Shown here piece after piece: positions 58,314 through 64,000 of a DNA stretch of 64,000 nt. Every line of letters begins with the position of its first letter. Positions within the stretch are counted from its first letter, which is position 1. This stretch comes from Candidatus Multivoradales bacterium (GTDB lineage: Bacteria > Acidobacteriota > Thermoanaerobaculia > Multivoradales > JAHEKO01), in contig CBDFIJ010000004.1 in NCBI GenBank assembly GCA_965248055.1, positions 2,720,001 through 2,784,000 of the forward strand, given 5' to 3'. Position numbers and translations under genes: made by a program. The notes beneath the pieces are model-generated. The model made no database searches. It saw nothing but the letters and a program-made list of their open reading frames with translations, and was not told the DNA's origin.

Positions 58314-59060
58314 GTGACCAGACTGGACGCTTGGCTGGCCCAAGAAGGACACTTTGCCAGTCGAGAAAGGGCTCGGCGAGCGGTGATGGAGGGCGTGGTT
58401 TGGGTCAATGGGCAGCGGGTTGACAAGCCCGGAACTCCGGTTCCAGTGGAATCGCAAATTGAGATTCGTGGCGATACCGAGCCGTTTGCTTCTCGCGCCG
58501 GTGGCAAACTGCGGGCGGGTCTCGATGCCTTTCAGATCGACCCCAGTGGATGGATTTGCTTGGACGTTGGGGCATCAACCGGTGGGTTCACGGATTGCCT
58601 GCTGCAGGCCGGAGCCGAGAAAGTCTACGCGGTGGATGTCGGCTACGGCCAACTCGACTATCGTCTGCGCATCGATCCACGGGTGGTAGTTCAGGAGAGG
58701 ATCAATGCCCGTCATCTGAGTAATGAGCAGGTCCCAGAGCCCTGCCGTTTGGTGGTGATGGACGTTTCCTTCATCTCGACGACCAAAGTTTTGCCGGCGG
58801 TGGTGCCGTTGATGGAACCCGACGGACTCGCCGTGATCCTGATCAAACCCCAGTTTGAGGCTGAACGCGCGCAAGTAGGCAAGGGAGGAATCATTCGATC
58901 CGAAGATCTTCGCCAAGCGATCGTCGCCAAGACCATCGCTGGGATCGAAGCCTTGGGTCTACACCCTCAGGGAGTGATCGAGTCACCGGTCCACGGCGCA
59001 CGAGGCAACATTGAATCTCTGGCGCTATTCTTGCGGTCGCAGGGAGGGGAAGGTGAGTAA
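58314..59060 (+). CDS. tlyA: TlyA-family rRNA methyltransferase
   Basis: S4 domain, DVGASTGGFT, DVSFIS and KPQFE motifs. Confidence 0.93.
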   Translation: MTRLDAWLAQEGHFASRERARRAVMEGVVWVNGQRVDKPGTPVPVESQIEIRGDTEPFASRAGGKLRAGLDAFQIDPSGWICLDVGASTGGFTDCLLQAGAEKVYAVDVGYGQLDYRLRIDPRVVVQERINARHLSNEQVPEPCRLVVMDVSFISTTKVLPAVVPLMEPDGLAVILIKPQFEAERAQVGKGGIIRSEDLRQAIVAKTIAGIEALGLHPQGVIESPVHGARGNIESLALFLRSQGGEGE

Positions 59061-59063
59061 CTG

Positions 59064-59915
59064 ATGACAAAAACGCTGCAGGTTGCGGTGGTCGCCAAGC
59101 GTTCCAATGAAGAAGCACAGCGAGCGGCAGTGGAGCTTGCCGAATGGTTTGTTGATCGAGAGTGCACGGTTGCGCTCGACGCGACAGCGCGGTCTCACAG
59201 CGCGGGGAGCATCTACCACCTATTTGACCCCGATTTTCCTTACGATTTCGTCATCGTGTTGGGGGGCGACGGTACCTTGTTGTCGCTGGCGCGTTCAGTT
59301 GGCGACAAGTCGCCAATTCTCGGAGTCAACATGGGACGCCTCGGTTTCCTGACCGACACCCCAGCATCGTCGATGATCGAGTCGATCGAACGGGTCCTGG
59401 CCGGGGACTACCAGTTGGGGCGTCGCACCATGCTTGACGTCGAGCTTCAACGCGCCGCGGTGAGCAGTAAGTTCCGAGTGCTTAACGATGTAGTGATCGC
59501 CAAGAGTGCTCTGGCCCGGGTGATTGAACTGCGTGTCGAAGTGGATGGCGATACGGTTGCCACCTATCGCGGCGATGGTTTGATCATCGCCACCCCGACG
59601 GGTTCCACCGCCTACAACCTTTCCGCCGGTGGCCCATTGATTCACCCTCGCCTGCCGGTAGTGGTCCTGACGCCAATTTGTCCTCACACGTTGACTCAGA
59701 GACCGTTGGTGCTGCCTGGCGAGGCAGATCTTTCAATCTGTCTCGATACCGATCGTGAGGAGGTCTATTTGACCTTGGACGGTCAAGAAGGTCGCAGCCT
59801 GGCTTTTCGTGACCGGATTTCGATCCGACCTTCGGACGAAACCGTCCGGTTGATTCATACCGATCGCGGCGCCTTCTACAAAAGTCTGCGTTCCAAGTTG
59901 GGTTGGGGTACTTGA
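59064..59915 (+). CDS. nadK: NAD kinase
   Basis: GGDGTLL, LND and ATPTGSTAYNLSAGG motifs. Confidence 0.95.
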   Translation: MTKTLQVAVVAKRSNEEAQRAAVELAEWFVDRECTVALDATARSHSAGSIYHLFDPDFPYDFVIVLGGDGTLLSLARSVGDKSPILGVNMGRLGFLTDTPASSMIESIERVLAGDYQLGRRTMLDVELQRAAVSSKFRVLNDVVIAKSALARVIELRVEVDGDTVATYRGDGLIIATPTGSTAYNLSAGGPLIHPRLPVVVLTPICPHTLTQRPLVLPGEADLSICLDTDREEVYLTLDGQEGRSLAFRDRISIRPSDETVRLIHTDRGAFYKSLRSKLGWGT

Positions 59916-59974
59916 TCCGGGCCGGTCTGGTGCAGCCACCAAGGAAAGATCCATCGATGGATCGAAGCGGATAG

Positions 59975-62900
59975 ATGACGCATTTCGAATCCCCACCCGA
60001 CTTACAGCCTGACTCGAAGCCGAATCGCCTCCGGCGTACGGTCCGAGCCTTGGTCTTGATCGTCGGGATCATCTTGGTGCTGCTATTTGTAGCGAGTCGA
60101 TTTGCTGAACCCTGGTTGCGCCACACCTTGGTCGGGGCAGCGCAAGACAAGGCCGGAACCGACCTTGAATTGGATCGACTGCTGATCACCTGGAAGCCCT
60201 TTGGAATTCGGGTTGATCGGCCGTCGATGACTCTGGAAGGAGAAGACGCCCCGTACGCGGCCGCCGAGCGCATCTCGGCTCTGGTGGACGTTGGTGGGTT
60301 GTTGCACGGCAAGATGCACATCGATCAGGTGATTGTCGAACAACCTCGACTGGTTCTGCGGGTGCGCGAGGACGGATCGTTGGCGCTGCCCACTTTTGAG
60401 GGAGATGGAGGAGGCGGCAACTTTGAGATCGGTTCTCTGGAACTGCGCGGCGGTGAGATTGAGTGGAATGACAACCGCGTGCCGATGACCGCCGAACTCA
60501 ATGGCCTGGCAGCCACTACAGCCTCGGAAGAAGATGGGACATCGGTTGCCAGTTTCACTGCCGATGGCCTAGCGACCGAGATTCGCGGTCAGCAGGTTCT
60601 ATTTGGGGTGGATGGAGAGATCGCTTGGAAGGGCAGCGAGGTCGAGATTCGAGATATTCGGGGTCAAGGCGAGCAGCTCGATTGGAGAGTTGCCGGGAGT
60701 TGGGCGCTGGGCTCCAGGGAGCAGGGCAGTGGAGATTTCGTGGTCGACGCTGAGGGCGATTTGGGTTTCTTGCAGCCCTGGTTGGTCGATTCGCAGTCAC
60801 GTTCCGCCGGTGATTCAGAGGCATTAGCCCTCGTCGGTCACACCCGGCTGAATGCTCGGATTCACAATACCGACCCTTCGTCTCTGGACAGCCGGGCCGA
60901 ACCAAGCTGGGTGGTCGAGGGGCAGGGTCAAATTGACGGCCTGTTGGCCGGGGGCTTCCATCTCGACTCGGTGCCTTTGGTGTTCGCCTTGCGGGATCAG
61001 CAATTGAGCGCCAGCAGTCAGCCGATTGCAGCGTACGGTGGTCAATGGTCGGCTGAGATGGAAGTCGGCGAGGGACAAGATCGAGTCAGCCTATCCGGCC
61101 AGGGTGCCGATCTACAGAAGCTAGCCGATGATCTTGGCTGGACCGCACTCGCGACCGGTGGAGTTCTCAATACAGAAATCGATTATCGCTTCGATTCAAC
61201 CGATTGGCAAAGCGGGAGTGGGGACGCCACCTTGCAACTGTTTTCCGGGGATCAATGGACCTTGGCCGGGACTATTCCGGTCAAGATCGGACCCAACTTG
61301 GGGTTGACCTTTGGTGGGAGGTTGGCCTCTGTAGGGGCACTGGCGGAGGATGGTGCGACCAAGACAGCAGTTCCGAGCCTTGCCGCGGATGGACAGAGCC
61401 ATAGCGTGGCCATCGAAGGAGATATTCAGGCTTTGGATTCTCAGGGCAACCTACGCTTGCTGGTCGAGACCGCCGATCTGGTCGCCCTCCAGGAGCAAAT
61501 TGGGCTGCGTGGCGATTGGGTGCCGACCGCTGGACGAGGCACGGTTGAGGTCGCAATTGACCTCAACCCGCAGCCGGAATCGATGGCCATGACAGTCAAC
61601 GCTGATCTGACCCGAGCTGAGCTGGCTTCGCTGTCGGCGGATACCGCGACCGTCAGTCTGACCATGGGTGAACACGGCTTGGTGTTACATCAGGCCGAGA
61701 TGCATCGCGGTGAAGCGCGACTTATGGCGAGCGGCTCCTTTCCCGTAGCGCCGGAAGTTACCTCGATCTCTGCCCACACCAGTGATTGGCCATTGCGTCA
61801 GCTATTGCCACTGGCTGGTCTGGATTTCGATCTTGATGGGGTCGCAACCGGGAACATGGAGTTACAGATCGCTGAGGCGGCTGTCGACGGTTCGATTGAG
61901 TTGGCTGTCAAGCAACCCGAGTGGAACGACACCGCGCTCGGAGGCACCATCGAAGCGTCGATCGAGATCGCCGACAGTGGCGTTGTGGTCGACCGCGGGC
62001 GCTGGACTTCGCCCGGTGGAGAAGTGGATTTCAACCTTCGCTACCAGCAGGCCGAGGGCTGGAATGCTGACCTAATGAGTGAGGCTCTAGACCTTGCAGC
62101 TGTCAACCCCGCCTTGGCCGCCGTGCCTTTCGGATACCAAGCTTCGTTCGATATCAACGTGCGCGGCGACGATTGGATTGATGCGGGAGAGATATTGCTG
62201 ACTACTGGATTCGTCGATGGGGAGTCTTCGACGCTGAATGCGCAACTGCGCGATCAAGAGCTTTCTGCCTCAGGCGCTGTTGCTGGGGTCTTGAAACAAG
62301 TATCGGCCAGCGGCTCTTTCGGGCAGCAAGGACCGCAGCTCGATTTCAGCGGAGTGATCTATCCCGGTAGTTGGGTGCAAGTACCGGAGCTGGAGGTGAC
62401 GGGTTCGGCTCGTGTCGACGTCAACGTCAGTGGGTCGTGGCAGCAGCCGTTGGCTGTGGCGCAAGCGACCGAGGTGGCGGTAGTGGTTGCTGGCGAGGTC
62501 CTTGGGGAAATCGAACCGATTCAAGCCACTTGGCGTCCGGGTGAAATCGAACTGGTTTCAGCGTTTGTCGAGAATCAAGGAACTGGCGAAGAGTTGTTCG
62601 TTGCCGGAACGGTGGACTTGGAGACCGGAGTTCTTGACGGTGTAATGCAGGCGGAAGTGGATGCTCTGTGGCTGGGCCGTATGGAGCCGAGCTTGGAGGC
62701 AGAGGGCGGAGTTAGTTTCCTCGGAGTGGTCGAAGGTTCCTTGGAAGCGCCGGTAGTGGACGGTCAGGGTGAATGGAGCGGTGGCAAGGTGTCGATCGAC
62801 GGTTTTCCCCATACCTTGACCGACGTCAGTGCTCGCTTCTTGGTCGGACCTGAGGGGGTGATCGTCGATCGGGCACAGGCGAATCTTGGCGGTGGGCAGA

Positions 62901-63913
62901 TGCATGCCAGTGGCAGCATCGACCTGGACCCCGCCACCGGGGTTTCTTATCGCGCTCAGATCGTGGCGACCGGAGTTGATGTCAACGTTCCGGATGACTG
63001 GTGGATGGGCGGGGACGCCACCTTACGGCTGCATAGCAACGGCAGCTCGCGAGTGCTCTCCGGTGAAGTGCAACTTGATCGCGCCGTGCTGTTGGAGTCG
63101 ATCGATCTTGGCGTTGAGCAGATGGTCCGGTCAGCCCTGCAACGCCAGCGCGAGTGGGTTGCTTCCGAGGACGAGTTGCTGCGTTCAACGCACCTACAAC
63201 TAACCGTCGTTGGTCAAGACGCCTTGCGCGTCTCCGGCGAAGGACTGGATATGGCCGGGGATATCGATCTGACGGTGCGCGGTGACCTAGCCTCACCGCT
63301 GATTCTAGGGCGCGTGGATCTGGCCACTGGTGGAAGCCTGACCTATCGTGGCAACGATTTTGATATCGAACGTGGAGTGCTGGTTTTCTCCAATCCGCAT
63401 GTCATCAATCCGGATATCGACATCGTGGCGGTCAGCCCGATCAAGAACTATGACGTGCGGTTGCACCTCAGGGGATCTCTAGAAACGATGGATGTGGAGT
63501 TCAGTTCCGATCCGTCGTTGCCTAGCTTGGAGGTTGTTTCTCTACTCACCACCGGTCAAATTGGTAACCGCCCGTTGCTGTTGGACCCGATCAACCCCAC
63601 CGAGAGCGCTGCCGCCGAGGGAGTGATAGCTGGACAGGCTGCCGAAGCGATCGGCGCTCGTGTCGGAAAACTATTTGGCCTGGATCGGGTGCAGATCGAT
63701 CCTCCGAGTAGCGGGCCCATTTCTTCAGCCCGGATCACGGTCGGCAAGAGACTTTCCAGGGAGGTGGTGGCCACCTACTCCTACGACTACACCGACAGCG
63801 AGCCAACCATTGTTCAACTGGAGTGGCAGATGTCGCCGATTGTGGCGGTGGTTCTGACCCAGAATGGTGACGAATCCTATTCTGTTGATTTCAAGTGGCA
63901 ACGGAGTTTCTGA
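59975..63913 (+). CDS. tamB: TamB/AsmA-like translocation and assembly module protein
   Basis: N-terminal TM, long beta-rich body and DUF490-like C-terminus (FSSDPSL, TVGKRLS). Confidence 0.8.
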   Translation: MTHFESPPDLQPDSKPNRLRRTVRALVLIVGIILVLLFVASRFAEPWLRHTLVGAAQDKAGTDLELDRLLITWKPFGIRVDRPSMTLEGEDAPYAAAERISALVDVGGLLHGKMHIDQVIVEQPRLVLRVREDGSLALPTFEGDGGGGNFEIGSLELRGGEIEWNDNRVPMTAELNGLAATTASEEDGTSVASFTADGLATEIRGQQVLFGVDGEIAWKGSEVEIRDIRGQGEQLDWRVAGSWALGSREQGSGDFVVDAEGDLGFLQPWLVDSQSRSAGDSEALALVGHTRLNARIHNTDPSSLDSRAEPSWVVEGQGQIDGLLAGGFHLDSVPLVFALRDQQLSASSQPIAAYGGQWSAEMEVGEGQDRVSLSGQGADLQKLADDLGWTALATGGVLNTEIDYRFDSTDWQSGSGDATLQLFSGDQWTLAGTIPVKIGPNLGLTFGGRLASVGALAEDGATKTAVPSLAADGQSHSVAIEGDIQALDSQGNLRLLVETADLVALQEQIGLRGDWVPTAGRGTVEVAIDLNPQPESMAMTVNADLTRAELASLSADTATVSLTMGEHGLVLHQAEMHRGEARLMASGSFPVAPEVTSISAHTSDWPLRQLLPLAGLDFDLDGVATGNMELQIAEAAVDGSIELAVKQPEWNDTALGGTIEASIEIADSGVVVDRGRWTSPGGEVDFNLRYQQAEGWNADLMSEALDLAAVNPALAAVPFGYQASFDINVRGDDWIDAGEILLTTGFVDGESSTLNAQLRDQELSASGAVAGVLKQVSASGSFGQQGPQLDFSGVIYPGSWVQVPELEVTGSARVDVNVSGSWQQPLAVAQATEVAVVVAGEVLGEIEPIQATWRPGEIELVSAFVENQGTGEELFVAGTVDLETGVLDGVMQAEVDALWLGRMEPSLEAEGGVSFLGVVEGSLEAPVVDGQGEWSGGKVSIDGFPHTLTDVSARFLVGPEGVIVDRAQANLGGGQMHASGSIDLDPATGVSYRAQIVATGVDVNVPDDWWMGGDATLRLHSNGSSRVLSGEVQLDRAVLLESIDLGVEQMVRSALQRQREWVASEDELLRSTHLQLTVVGQDALRVSGEGLDMAGDIDLTVRGDLASPLILGRVDLATGGSLTYRGNDFDIERGVLVFSNPHVINPDIDIVAVSPIKNYDVRLHLRGSLETMDVEFSSDPSLPSLEVVSLLTTGQIGNRPLLLDPINPTESAAAEGVIAGQAAEAIGARVGKLFGLDRVQIDPPSSGPISSARITVGKRLSREVVATYSYDYTDSEPTIVQLEWQMSPIVAVVLTQNGDESYSVDFKWQRSF

Positions 63914-63920
63914 GGTGAGA

Positions 63921-64000
63921 ATGGGAATCTTCCAGCGCTCGGCACGCTGGGGCACAGAGGTGCTGCCGGTGGTTAGGCCGGCCCCGATGTGGCTGTTGCT
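63921..64000 (+). CDS. Start of the next gene, 3'-truncated (possibly TamA/BamA by synteny)
   Basis: GAGGTG RBS and ATG with the frame open to the edge. Only 26 codons are visible. Confidence 0.35.
   Translation, partial: MGIFQRSARWGTEVLPVVRPAPMWLL

Noticed and set aside
1-64000. CRISPR array, rRNA, prophage or integron
   Set aside because: No regularly spaced repeats, rRNA motifs, phage genes or attC-like sites were seen on reading.

Overview
Gene-dense, GC-rich, mostly core chromosome of a diderm bacterium. The gene content suggests Acidobacteriota, which is an inference. Housekeeping blocks are lolA-tgt-yajC-secDF-rel, rpmB, pilMNOPQ, accBC, hbd, proS, two tRNA-Val, thrS, rpmI-rplT-pheST-zapB/zapA-6S-rny-ymdB and ispA-tlyA-nadK-tamB. 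One complete IS481-like element with a 5-bp target duplication is present. The most unusual items are: (1) sat-cysC plus a Thr-type sulfatase-like lipoprotein flanked by two paralogous GT-C-like membrane proteins, a candidate envelope sulfation system; (2) an extended type IV pilus locus with a secretin-less AMIN paralogue of PilQ and PKD/Cys-rich lipoproteins; (3) an MgtL-like leader peptide in frame upstream of a CNNM/CorC gene; (4) a ThiE-AroK fusion; (5) a ComEA-like insertion in SecF; (6) no infC between thrS and rpmI, where a 56-aa Cys/His microprotein and the IS lie instead; (7) a SigW-like module with an apparently leaderless autoregulatory promoter. All calls come from reading motifs by eye and no database searches were run.
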